NCBI GenBank assembly: GCA_051362555.1
Contig: CM120648.1
Span: 10,226,587 to 10,290,586, forward strand
DNA length: 64,000 nt
Reading direction: 5' to 3'
From: Lingula anatina
Taxonomy: Eukaryota; Animalia; Brachiopoda
Both the position numbers and the translations under genes were made by a program. The notes beneath the pieces were generated by a model. The model had not been told where the DNA came from. It saw only the letters and a list, made by a program, of their open reading frames with translations, and made no database searches. This document shows, piece by piece, positions 24,948 through 38,448 of this stretch (the first letter of the stretch is position 1; the number at the start of each line of letters is the position of its first letter).

Positions 24948-27900
24948 CTAATAGAGTGAAAATGGCTTCATCATTGAACTGCACATTCTGGAGAAAAAAA
25001 TCTGACATCTCTTCAGTCTCGTATTCGAACCACATTAATAACATATTTTTTAAAGTTATTTTTTAAAACGAGATACAGATAGAACACTCATTTCAATTGT
25101 TATTATTTAAGTCTTTAAGAAAAGTCAAGATTTGATTGTCCTTTATTTCTGGTTCATAAGCCATGAGTGTGTATAGATGAGTCACATTTATACCGACACA
25201 TCTGTATAGGCCTAAATTTTACAGAAATGCTGAGTAACAGAAATGTAGCGGCTCTGGCTGATTGAGCTGAGGCTCTGACTAGATTGGCTTCAGGGACAAT
25301 ATGTCACTAACTGAGTTCAAAGTATCACAAATTACACAACAAGTTAATGCATACTGAAGTTTACACGTGTGACAGCATTTCCACCGGCGAATCTAATACA
25401 TGTACGTAAAGAGAAGGATGGGCCTATTTTAGACACCTTTCACACTTACTCCCTACAAACACCAGAGTAAGTGGAGCTCAGGTCAGACTGCCCCTGAAGA
25501 AGGCCAGCCCTGAACTTTTTGAACCAATGGACACATCATCATCATCATCATTAAAAATAAAAATACACTGAGAAATAAAATGGCACAGGCGTCTCACGTG
25601 CAATAAGCTGCATATAAAATAAAGCTGTCGTCTTACCACAAACCTAGGAGGTCAGACAACAGCTGATGGAATTAAATCAAACTACACTTGCCAATACTCC
25701 AGGCACTCTCTAGATACTTAATATTGCGCAACAATTTCATATAATACCGAATAGTAACAGTAATTGTTTATTACTTAGATAAGAAAATGTTCATCCGTGT
25801 AGAATCTTATTTTGTAAGTCTTTGCCACTAACGTTACCGACATGTGCGTGATTACCACCCAGACACTCTGCTATAATTCGAGTGTAGCAGTGCCTGTTTT
25901 CAACGGCCATATGTTACCAGCTCTGTTTTCATCGTACTCTTTTTTCCATCTGAAGCTTTTTGGTAACCGTAGGTAAGATATGATGAAATTAGCTAAGACG
26001 TCGCATATTTAATGAAGTAAATGAACCGCAAACCTTCTATTTGCAAAGATACTTTAAACATAAAACCCCAATACTTAAATAATTAAATCAGCTACTATTT
26101 CTTTTCCTTATGTCAAGACGACAAAAATCAAACACGAAAAGCATAACGCTGTGTATAATGGTGGATGGACTATTTGTTAAAATTATTTCAGTAGCAATAT
26201 ATTATTTTCGAATATAATGAACCAGAAAAGCAAACCGTTCTTCTTTTAGTGAATATTTTCATTTACAAATGGGCACCATGTGCCTTCAAGCTACATGTGC
26301 CTGTTCTCGTGTGCTAACAGCCGCTGTTTTTTTTAACTAAAATTTATTCTCCATTTCAGAGTATATACAATTAAAATAAATCATGTTGATAGAAAAAATA
26401 CCACAATATAAGATTTTTTTCTTCTCTAAATTCATTTAGATGAATGGTGGCCAGGGAGAAATTTACCAGTAGCAACATACTCCAGAACAGTGCTATTATA
26501 ATGAATACTATTTATGAGGCTGATGAAATGAACTGAATACTATGATACTGCTCACCTTGTGAGCACTTCAAACTGGTGCATATGTATATGAATGTAGTAT
26601 TAGTACCTTTCGGATTACTGGGGAAATATAATAAACCAAAATGGATTATTTTATTGATAAACCTTATGATAAAATTGATATTTTACAGAAATAAAAATAT
26701 TGTTACATCAAACTGATTAGACTGCGTTTGGGACCAATGTTGCAGAGTATTACGTCTAAATGAATTCCTTTAGATTTGAAAATTACTAGTGTCTTCTATG
26801 CTTGCTCCTAATAGCACTGTATATTTAGCACTACGAGTGTACGTGTACATACAGACACTATTTAGTGGCATTTAATCTTCTTCCTTCCAGATAAGTTCGG
26901 TATTAAAGCCTATAAAATTAAATAGCACAAGGTACCTCAGGACTTCACCCGTGCATGCGTGGCAGGTGAATATGGCCAATTAGTATGCTGTCCCAAGCCG
27001 GTTCCTCTCCTGGTGCCGTACATACCCAGGTGTAAACGAGAGTTTACTGTAGGAACCTTCATCCAGAACTATGAGAGAAGCGCTGCCCTCTACCTGAGGT
27101 CATGGACGTTTAAACATTGGCTATCACCATAATATATTGAGTCTCACCATATAAATCAGCAATTGCTGCTCCGTAAGATTACGATAGATGGTAATTTACA
27201 TTAAAAGAAAGTAAAAATACAGACTATAAAAACATGGACTTGCACGTTTAAAAGGGCAATTTAGGATGAGTGAAATACACACAAACATTTTAATGATTAG
27301 TATAATTTATTCGATAATTTCACACTAAAGGTGCTTATCATATGAACCAAATCTCAACTACAGCAATTGGCAAAATAAAAACATACACTGTGTAAATGAA
27401 AAAATAGGAGTTGATATGAAAATGAATAACTAAAAAAGTAAAACAGGATATGAGAAAGCTATAGATGAATAAATATAAATAGTGAAATAGCCACAGTTTT
27501 GAAAAAAAAAACGTGATGACTTTGATATACAAATACACCTATGTCCCCAAAGAGAGAGAGAGAGAGAGAACCAATTTTAATTTTTTTTTTATTCTTTTAA
27601 TCTAAAGCCAAGGGAGAAATAGGCCTACATCATCTACATGTATGTATATATTATTCATATTTGACTTACACTCAATGTCATGCACTCCATATAACAGTTG
27701 AAATTCCTGCGGCTTAAAAAAAGAGGAGAGCATACACAAATAGATACATTATTGATACACGAAGCATTTAGACCTCGGATAGAGCCAAAGTATATGTGTT
27801 TCGGGGGAAGTCAAAATTCAAAAGAAACGATCCTCAAATTCAAAATACCCCAAGACAAGGTCACGATACTATTTGTGCTGTGCAATTTTTCATGAACTTA

Positions 27901-28411
27901 GCATGTTTTTCATATACAGCAATCTGCGTCGTTAACCACTGGTCCTACGCCCATGGCCAGTAAATTTTTATGGCTAGTAGATTTTTCAGAATATGTGAAT
28001 TAAGTGGCCGGACATGACTATAAGAATCTGAAGTGTAGCTGTCGCCTAATATTTCTGAAAAAAAAACTTCAACAAAATCAACGTCTTGTCATTACAAACA
28101 TTCATGCAGTAATGGAACATGTCCCTGTCTGATTGATGTTTTTAATCGGACCAGTGAATCATGATTTGGACCAGTAGATTATAGGTAAGTAGTGGTCCGA
28201 AAGACCATTAAGTTCAAAGTTTATGGCACAAAAGAGACTGAATACAGGCGCTGGAAGATCATTATTACATATAACACTTTGGCAAATAAATAAATAAATA
28301 TCGTGGAGAGTCGAAAGATAATGAATTCAGTGGGTTATAGCCGATGTATTCAATGTCTAATTGATATACAGGTACTTGATGATCTCTCATTTTGTAATTA
28401 GTACCAGCTAG

Positions 28412-31086
28412 CTAATACTTAGACAGTCGGAAGATAATGATATCTCTGGGTTTCGGGATATAGCCGTCGACTCCTAGAATTCAAGAAGAAAATAATTAAA
28501 TTATAATTCGTTCGACATAAACACCAGTGTATGCATAACTAAATATAATTTAAATGATTACTAAAATATATAGAATGTATGGGTAAAAATACATGCATAA
28601 ATAAATCCATGGAGTAGCAATTGATTGAATATACAAACAAATAAATGAGGCAAATTCAAATCAGGTAGAACAAATAGATAAAGAAATACATTGACAATTG
28701 TACTAATACCTATTACATATAAACAATGTATCCAAAATTAGCACGGGTGCAAATAAAAAAGAGATAACATTTCGGTTACATACCCACTTGCAATGGGGTG
28801 TTCGGTGCCTTAAGAATTTGCCAATACGTTCTTTTAACTGGATCCTCCGATATTCCGTTAACCTCGGTGATGTAGTGACCAAGGGAGGTGTCCTTTGCCT
28901 TAAAACTATAGGCAAGATCAATGAAATTATTAATTTACCAGCTTGATCATTGATCACAAAATACTGTTTCGTCGAACGCTACAGTGTTTCGATGCCAATG
29001 CATTATTTTTATTTCAATAACGGACTAATTAACTCATTTCAATTCAATTCAATTACACGTAATTCCTGTACTAGTGCATGTATTTTGTACGCCATACATA
29101 AGGTCCAAATGTATTACGACCTGTTAAAATTTTGGTACATATCTGTGGAAAATCGCAAAATAGTGTAAAGATTTCACCCAAATGAATGGATTTGTATTCT
29201 CATTATGCTGTCATTAGCCGAAAAAAAAGTGAATTTCATATAAGAAATTTGAAAATCAAGCAGCCTACCTGAAATTTGATACTCTTTTCTGAAGAATATC
29301 CATAGAGACGTACAAGGATGATCCTATTGGAACGTTGACGTGGTAACTCTCTTTTTCATTGTGTCCTTCTATATTAGCAACTGCCTGGATGGTGAATGCT
29401 AGTTGTGTTGGGGTTGTAGTCGTACTGGGCGGACCTTGAGTAGTAGTGACAGGGGGCGTGGCCTTCTGACAGATCTTGATGTCCCCCAAATCAGCGTATG
29501 ATTTGCCAGCAAGGGCGGGGAGAACCTGATTGGCAGCTGTCACTCCTCCAAACGAACCATCCTGTTCTGTTAGAATCAAAAGGCACAAATAAGCTGTGTA
29601 TCATGCTACAATTTTAATTTATCCTTACATTCTAACAGAATGTCACAAAAAGTAGATAAAATAAATTGTCAAATATCAGTTTAATGTTATATAACATATA
29701 TATTATTCAGGGGCGAAGCCAGAGCTATTTTCTGACAGTCTTCCAAATTATCTTTGTTGATCCATGTTCCATTTTTGACCGTACTTCCGACAGAAAAATA
29801 AAATACCGGTAAATGCAAACTCGAAAAACTGACCGTCTCCCGGAAGACCCAGAAGACGGCCTCAATCCGCTCCTGTTTTTACCCCTTATGCATTAAGAAA
29901 GTCTTTACTTACGTTGATGGGTCAAGAGGGAAAGTTGAGCTTTTTCCTTGATCTGATTTCGACTGCTTTTATCATCTGCATACAGAGCCTAAATAACAAA
30001 AGATTTGAGCATTCAGAGCACAATACTTACTAATTTTGTGCATGAGCCCTGACAGGAAAAGGCCTTGGGAAAATTCCGTATGATCTGTGATATCCCATTC
30101 AATTATTATTTGCAATTAGATTAGTTTGTCTTTTACTGGTATTCAAACAACCATCTGGTTGAATATGAACATTGGATTAATGTGAAACATGTCATGACCT
30201 CGTCATATTTTACACTGAATAGTTTTAGCTGTATACCTGAACTGCCAGTCCAGTAGTGTATTGGTTGCCAAATGAACCATCCTTCTTGATATTCGACAGT
30301 ATATACTGGATCCCGGTGTTGATGGCAGGTGTGACGTCAGCGGCCCCTGTCCGGTCTCTCACACAAGACAATGCAGTCACTGATATTGCAGCTTCATCTG
30401 GAAACGGAGACAGGAAACGGAAGTGAAATCGCTTGCAGAAAGGGACGAAAAATGGAAAGTGTAAGTGTAATAGAAAGCAAAAGATTAAGAAGGTGGTGGA
30501 TTTGAACATGTAAGCAAATTTATTAATTGAACAAGCAACCATACGACCAATAAGGCATAAAATAAAATAAAAAGACAATCATGCACAAAACGATATTAAA
30601 TGGAAAAATATATGATAAAAAGAAGATGACATTACCAACTCCAAAAGCATAATTTCCAGCACCATCCACAAGACGTTTGTAGTACGTCTCATTTATAGCA
30701 CCAGAGTTGCACAGAGCTAACACAGCCCAACCGTAGGCGAAGTTCTGGTTAAAATAATACTTGGGAAAGTTGTTCATTTGGTTCATGAGAAGTTTTATGA
30801 GGTTATTGCCATTGAACTTTGTCGGATTTTGACAGGTAGACACAAGACCGTTGATGAACTGGCCAAGTTTCCCGCCATACCAAGCGGCCGTGTCCAAACT
30901 TGGGTAGCTGCAGAAAAAGTTACGCTTGATTCATTTATCTATTCATTCATTATTTATAAGTACGTGTATGTTATACAAATTAAAGCAGATACTATATATG
31001 GTGAATGTATATATTAAGAAGGCACTCAGAGAACGCAGACCTATCCATGGCAGCTAAATTCGTATTCTCGTTAATCGCTTATTTAT

Positions 31087-31118
<32 letters not shown>

Positions 31119-32297
31119 TCTAATTAGTACTATTTAATAATTGATTACCTATTTTATTAAGTCAATTCTAAGAATTATTAATTATGTGACAATTAGCTAA
31201 ATAATTAGCCAAGAGATTAATTAAACTAAACCACCAAAATATAGCGCAATAAATTCCTCAATAACACTTTGTATAATTTTGGTAACAAGCACACAAATAA
31301 ATAACTTATAATTAACCAATATTTGATTGATGGCTCATCACAAAAATCTTGTCAGATTTTAAAACGTTAGGCCTTTCTGACCTTTTCTAAAAATTATCAT
31401 CAATATCCATAGATTTAACTTTTTGAGTTTGGCTGGTAATAATGGACAAGACATTTAAAAAGACAAACGGAGGTAAAACAACCTCCTTGACGAAGCTAAC
31501 TACCCAGTACAAACTGTTACTGGTCAGATATCAACGTACTTTCTTATAGCTGTCAGGAGAACCAAATTCATTTCTTTGACGCTGGCGACGGTGTCCAGGT
31601 TGTTGGGACCATACCAGCCATCTCCGTCAGCTAACTGAAGCGCCGTGATGGCCTCCGCCTCACTTCGCATTCCCCAACCCGACTCGGCGTTTCTGGCCTT
31701 TAGCAGCCATTTTATCCCATTCTCTCTCGCCTTGTCAATGACTGAATTGGTAAATATTATCAATATACGATATGCAATTTATGTTCATGTAAAGGAAGAG
31801 ATCACAGTAAATGTTAACAGTTACTGAGTGAAAATCTGAGCCTTGCATTTTATCAGTAAAAGGAAAATACATTGTCTACTTATGTGTACCAACATTGTTG
31901 GTTGGCTGGGGGGGGGGGGGGGGAGGGGGGGGGGCTTTCCCTTGTTTTTTCACTATACTAATGATGTCAGCTCTGACATCCATATTACTTATTTTGTACG
32001 AAACATGATGTTATGTGCCATGCTTGGTATTTTATATGTATAACGTTGAACACAAATGACGTAGACTGAAACGTCTCGGTCGACGACCAAGGCAGATGAC
32101 AAAAAACATATAACAACAATTAATCAGGTTTTTTATTTGAACACAAAAATATTCGCTGCCCTTGTTAAATAACGTGGTGACTCTAAAACACAAACGCTGA
32201 AAAGACTTTTTAATGATATTTGAAAATATAAAATTTCGCCTAAGCAACCAGGAACACAGTTATCAGAATTAACTTCATCCTCTTGCAAAATGGGGCG

Positions 32298-32340
<43 letters not shown>

Positions 32341-32559
32341 TAAAGTTAAAAAGAGAAATATACATTATAGATTTGCCACCTCGATCTGTATAAAATTGGT
32401 ATCTATGGTATATCCTCACTTGAAAACAAAGCCAAATATCAATACCCAATGTTTGCACTAGTGCACCTAATAAAATTGAAATATGAACATCACATTTTAC
32501 TTACCACTTTTACACTGCACGGACACCAAGGTGAATAAAACAGCATAAAAGATCTTCAT
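28412..32559 (-). CDS. Secreted cobalamin-binding protein, copy 2 (~415 aa, 8 exons)
   Basis: Exons 32505..32559, 31540..31741, 30636..30907, 30237..30397, 29913..29988, 29269..29566, 28784..28905, 28412..28473; GT-AG, same phases as copy 1, 1248 nt, no internal stops seen. Signal peptide MKIFYAVLFTLVSVQCKS. Confidence 0.92.
29708..29875. mobile_element. Small TIR-like insertion in intron 5 of copy 2
   Basis: CAGGGGCGAA ... TCCGCTCCTG ends; absent from the same intron of copies 1 and 3. Confidence 0.55.
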
Positions 32560-32652
32560 GGCGTTCTTTTTTTTTTTTTTCACGTCGGGTTTTGCCTGCA
32601 AATATCTTTGCACAAAGGCCTGTACACGTACATAGACCAGTGAATGGTTTCC

Positions 32653-32741
32653 TTTTATACTTTTTAAATTGGATGTGCAAATGAGGAGTCACCTGATGTG
32701 TTACGTATATATTTCAGAGAAGGAAGTGAACTCTGAACTGT
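32653..32741 (-). promoter_or_regulatory. Promoter of cobalamin-binder copy 2
   Basis: TATAAAA at 32653-32659; plus-strand GTGCAAATGAGGAGTCACCTGATGT and AAGGAAGTGAACTCTGAACT. Confidence 0.7.
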
Positions 32742-32941
32742 GGCTGAAACTGTGTGGATTGAAAGGTTTTCAATTCCTAGGTTTCTTACTGTCCCAGCGA
32801 TTAATTGATTGTTTGGGTGAATGCCCATTGGTTTTTGCTTGATCGCCTTAATGGCTGGCTATATTTTTTCCGTCTGAATGTGGAGCATGAACTATAGTGA
32901 TTGGTGTAGACCATACCCTAGGTTCTAGATTTCGGTAATGC

Positions 32942-33557
32942 CACCCTGAGCTTCAGAGCTGACTTGACACTAACCTTTTCACTGTAGCCTATCTCCATCG
33001 TGTCAAGTAACCTCTGACGAAAATAGTTTGACCTATTTTATATAAGCCAATCGAATCCATGTTTCAAAATTTTTCACCAAAGTTTGGTGAAAACGCTGAT
33101 TGGTTGATCGTCAATCGGCAATCCTCGGCTGATTCCGCAAGCTCCATACTAACAACATAGTTATTGTCGAGTGCGGAGACATCCGAGTAGTTCCGAGTGG
33201 TTCCGAGTGCATAACCGTACACAAAGAAAGCATGGAGTATATCGGAATATTGAAACCAGAGCAGTATGATGCCCTGCATCATTATCTACTGAGGGATGAT
33301 GTATTTTGCGTGCTGCCCACAGGTTACGGCAAGTCCCTGATATTCAGCCTTATCTTTGATTGGTCCGGATTTGAACAAAGCGCGCTTTGACTCGTTCGCG
33401 TTCATTGGCTAGATCGTTCAATGAGTCATTGAGTGCGGGCTTTAAATTTGATTGGCGGGCAGCGGGGGCACTCGAATCTGGTCAGAGGTAACTTGACACG
33501 ATGGAGATAGGCTACAGTGAAAAGGTTAGTGTCAAGTCAGCTCTGAAGCTCAGGGTG
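32942..33557 (+). mobile_element. 616-bp non-autonomous TIR transposon carrying a RecQ-like helicase fragment (AcademH-like candidate)
   Basis: ~77-bp TIRs with 1 mismatch (CACCCTGAGCTTCAGAGCTGACTTGACAC...); 8-bp TSD GGTAATGC at 32934-32941 and 33558-33565; internal frame 33232-33390 encodes LKPEQYDALHHYLLRDDVFCVLPTGYGKSLIF (Q-motif + Walker A). Confidence 0.8.
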
Positions 33558-35629
33558 GGTAATGCCAGCTCGATCTTGATTTCAAATGTAACCTACATCA
33601 GCAACACCGATTCAAGCCACCACTTGCATACTGGGGGCGTGTTAGGAAAATTTTTGCCTGGGACACTTCCATATTTGGCAGTGACATGTCTTGTACTTAA
33701 TAGCTACGTCCAGTTTTTAGCTGCCTTTCCCGCCTTGAGCTGCCGTCATCTCGTCAGATGACACAAAGAACAAAGAAGCAAAATGGCTGATTCGGAGTTT
33801 GAAGTTTGAACTAAGAATACTTGCAGTCGGAAATCAATGCCACATTACAAGCACCTTTCTGCTTTAAAACCTTTTGGGTGTGTAGCCATTGCGTAATTCT
33901 TACACTGGTATCTGCCATAGCTGTCAAACTTGACAAACAGCAAGCCCGTGATAGATATAGGGAGCAAGCTAGCTTTTTAGTGCTCTGACAATCAGGGTAG
34001 TAGACTATAGATAAGAGTAAATTTATCTCGTAACTCACAAGGTTTGTTGTTGTTCTCTATCAGTCATACGGATACTGGCTGCGCATAGAAAGGTATTCAG
34101 TACAGACCGCAGGCGCTGAGATGACGTCAAGTTTGCAACCATTTTGTAAAATGAAGGCAACTTTCCAGATGTTTAAATAGCTCCTGAACCCACATCCCCA
34201 AGAGTTCCCACAACATGAACTCCCAGTTTCAAAGTCAGTATATCTAAAACGAAGAAATGATATTTGATTTTACCAAATCTTCTTAAAATGAAAAAGTAAT
34301 CTCCTGAGAACATACATGTATGAAGAAAATCTGCATAATTAACCCATTTTAAACTATCTGATCTATTCATATTAGTATCATTCATTATGTGATAATACAA
34401 TTTTTAACGTTGTCATATGTACCACAAATTGCAACTCTAATCAAGATGCGTTTATCTTGGTACTCCCTGCTATCGGATAAGTTATTCTCTATACCTAGTG
34501 CATTATTTATAGGTGATAAGATTATTGCATTGTTTTCAATTAAAACAACACGATCATTTGTCATGATTCTCACTATCTCGATCAGAAGTAGCAACCAAGC
34601 TAATTCGGCCGTAACGAATACATTTCTGTGATAAAATTGTACTACAAAGAACAATGCAAAATTCGAATTTTAGGCCACTAAAGGGGGGGGGGGGGGTCAG
34701 AATAAGATGATATAAAAAGCATAAAATGCATAAAACATGTGACAACAAAGTAAAAGATGCTTTAGAAAGGGTCCGGGGTAGTCAGTTATATGTAGATTAA
34801 TGCTGTTTCATCTGAAGCTTTTTGACGGCATTTTAGGAGCTGTTATTTAAAGTATGAGGGAAACATTAAAGTCGGTGCATATTCAACAGAGTGACGCTGT
34901 GATGCATTGTCATTTGTTTCTTTTCATTTGCATATAATTGAACTGTTTCACAAGATAACACCGCTATTTAAAGCATAAGTTTCTATTTCCATGCCTGTTA
35001 TCATATCCCTTCTGATTTTATGTCACTCGTATTCAGTTTACCTTTTTTTCAGCACCCCTTCACACATTTAAATATTTCCCGGTTAATTTTTGTACCGTTT
35101 TTTATTTTACCGTGCACTGGGTCGCACTCACCCTGGTATTACATTGTGTAGCTTCACATTTCGAGTCTTACTGAATCTCCTTTTAGCAATCTAGGTAATA
35201 GCCGTAGTTATCACGTAGACTGGACAAGGGTCATAATTTGACACTGAATTATTGTGACTTTGAAATAGGAGTCCTTTTTTTTTGCACCGAAATATCTGGC
35301 GATTTTGGCCATCGTTGACAACACGTGTTAATTTTACAGCTTCTCTGAGTTCAATCAGACGTTTATGACATACAGGATAGATTAGCAAAGTCTAATTTCA
35401 ATATTTTGCTAAAAATTAAGAAATCAAGTTAAATTCTTTCTGCTCAGAATTTCTTCAACTACCCATTTTTCTTCCCACGTCCCCATAATTTTTTTGCTCC
35501 TTTATCATCATGTAGCCAGCTGATAACATCGTGAAAACGTTATTTGTTATTTGGATTATTACTTAATAGGCCTATTTTAAATAATCACACGTTACTGCAA
35601 GGAAAGACACAACAGCCTCCAACAGCTCC

Positions 35630-36045
35630 ATACATTTACAAGGGGAAGTGTTAGGCCAAATTGTTGAGTCTTGTAAGAAACTTGTTATGGGATCGTATAC
35701 ATGGGGTCGCAAAGCATTTTTTCTGTGACAAGTTTGAACAGCTAAACGTGGTGTTCAGCGGCTCCACGCGTTTAGGACTTCTACACCTATAGCAGCTCCA
35801 TATGTTTAGCAGCCTCACGCGCTTAGCAGGGAAAGTGCTTAGCCAATGTGCTTAGCTTGTGATAGACTTATCATAGAATCATATGCCGGTGAAGCTAAAC
35901 ACATAGCTAAACGTGTAACACTGCCACTTCTGTGAAACGCTTGAAAAGCTATACATGTTTAGCTTTTACACATATTTCTAAATGCGTATAGGTGCCTAAC
36001 GTGTGTTGTATGTATTTAAATGCTAAACACTGTTTTTACAGTGTG
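35630..36045. repeat. Degenerate element rich in GCTAAAC/GTTTAGC units ending in TTTTACAGTG
   Basis: Recurrent motif in both orientations; absent upstream of copy 1. Confidence 0.4.
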
Positions 36046-37041
36046 TATTAAATAACAATAGTGTTCTTCTAGCCAGCAGAAAAAAATTACATGTGCATGT
36101 ATGCAAATAAAGTCAAACTCTCTTTACTTCATGCCACCCTCGTAGTCATTATACGTTCCTTCAACAAATAGCACTTTATATATATATACCCCCTCTTGTC
36201 ATTAACGACCATTTGTTTTAGAGAGGATGTTTGAAATCTAACATGTCACAACCTTGTGTATGATTTTCAAAGTCATATAAGCTATCTGTCACCATGTTGA
36301 CCTATTTGTGGCCTGGGATATATCTTACATAGCAACATACTGGAGCGATACCGTGGAAAATGCATGCTCTTCTAATACTGTGCATTTGCTAAGCCGATAT
36401 GACTTGGACTGAAAGATGCTGCTACCTTCACTATGTAGATTCTTTAAAATGTTTTCCCTTGCAAATGCGACATTCAAATAATGCTGAGAGGTTTAGTAAA
36501 TCAACATATTTAAATTAACATATTTTCATTTAAACTCCTACTGTGCATGGCGTTTCAGTATATAAAGCTAACTCATCTACACACTCATGACTCAGGAACC
36601 AGGAAAAAAAAAGACAATATTTAGCAGCATTATATCTTCAAAGCCTATTAAGTTAAACAACACAAGGTTACTCAAGGGTTCAGTACGATAGCACTTTTCA
36701 TCTACCAGTAGATTACTAGAAACATTTTTAGTGTGAAGGTCTACTACGTTACATAATGAAGTAGAGAGAACAAATGCTGCACCAATATCACGTGGGACGG
36801 GCTAGGTATTACATTGCCCCCATCTCAGTTCTTCAGATAAATCGTTCCCAATTGATAAAACCCACCTAGACAGGTTAATTGATAGGGGATTAACACAAAG
36901 AACCGATGCTTGAATGTCCGAATGGAGTGTGTTCTTAAAGAGAAACTGAATATTTAATCAAAATAAACCCACTTAAAAAGTAACTTATTTCTTATGTAAA
37001 ATCTACTGAATATTTTTAATTGATTTTTGACTTAAGATAGA

Positions 37042-37095
<54 letters not shown>
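37042..37095. repeat. (ATT)n microsatellite
   Basis: Visible directly. Confidence 0.95.
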
Positions 37096-37099
<4 letters not shown>

Positions 37100-37329
37100 T
37101 AGTAACTGAATGTTAGAAAAGAGAATTTGGGATGATTAAAATAAACCCAAACATTTTAATATACTATACTAGAGTTAATCGTGTTGCAACTAAACGCTAT
37201 TATTGTATGAACCATATCTCAACTGCAGCAATTGACAAAACAAAAAACTAAATGAAATAAATAGGAGTTCATATGAAAATGAATGAATAAAAAATTGAAA
37301 TTTGAAAACAAACGACTGACTTCTCAATA

Positions 37330-37630
37330 TATATGAGCACACCCTTTTGTAAATTGTGTGTAAATTTGGTGGTTGGTAGTGTCCATTCAATTTAGTGAAC
37401 ATTTCTTTGCCTCTTTGGAAATCTCAGTAAAATATTGGATTTGAATAAATGGTATAAAAGTGGATATTTTCACCGCTGTTTTGTATTTTCTGCATGATTA
37501 ATCATCTTAAATATGGTATATATATAATAAAGAGCACTGATCTTGACAATTTACATCTCTGAGGTGACCATTTGTAGACAAAAGCATATGAAATGGGGGT
37601 GGGATAACCTTACTGACCAATGCTGTATAT
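37330..37630. mobile_element. Partial copy of the Tc1-like MITE family of 61195-61998
   Basis: Shares gcacacc..., aaatggtataaaa, gggggtggga...tgaccaatgctgtata. Confidence 0.7.
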
Positions 37631-38448
37631 TATTATTCATATTTGATTTATACTCTGTATATTTTAATATAAATTAAATTAAAATACCACGTACTCCAAA
37701 ACAAAGTTTCAAAATACAAATATGAGGATATCATACATAAGGATTTTATTTGCTCTCTACTTTATTGATGCACAAAGCGCTAAATCCATGTATCTCTTCT
37801 CAATATATATGAGCACACCCTAATGTTAATTGGAGCAAGAAAATATGTATTTATAACATGGTCCTCAGATTCACGATACTGTAAGCGCTTACGCATAGAC
37901 AAGGTCTACATTATGCTAATGATATGTTTTATATACTCCATGTGTAATTCATATACAGCAGTTTACGTCGTTGATCACTGGTTTTATGCTCACGGCCAGT
38001 ATAATTTTGTTTTGACTAGTAGTTTTTTCAAAATATGTGAATTTAGTGGTCCGACATGGCTTTAAAATTTTTCATTTTATTTTTGTGAAATCTAGCTGTT
38101 AAATTATGTCACAAAGATCTTGTTATTACTAATATAAATGCAATAGTGGAAATATCTATGTCCAGTGCATCGTGATACATTTTAGGTAATTATCGCCCGT
38201 GAGCCAAATGACACAGATCAGACTGTATACAGGCACTGGATGGAAGACTTTTATTATCAATTTGGCTAATACGTGGAGAGCCGAAATATAATGACATCTC
38301 TGGCTTTTGTTACATTCGTGGAGCCGATGTATTCAATGTCAAATTGATATACAGGTATACATGTAGACGGTTGGAGAGTAATAGTGTCTCTGGGTTTCAG
38401 GATATATGTCTTATTTATTTACAGGTACCGGGTGATATTTCAGTTTGT

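Noticed and set aside
25490-25520. CTGAAGA-hairpin as a third hammerhead
   Set aside because: Lacks the GAAA box and helix III.
26960-27130. SINE or tRNA-derived element
   Set aside because: No A/B boxes or cloverleaf could be identified.
28265-28414. Stop-codon readthrough in cobalamin-binder 2 (TAG-CTAG context, ~49 open codons)
   Set aside because: Copies 1 and 3 reach TGA within 2-5 codons and lack the context; not conserved.
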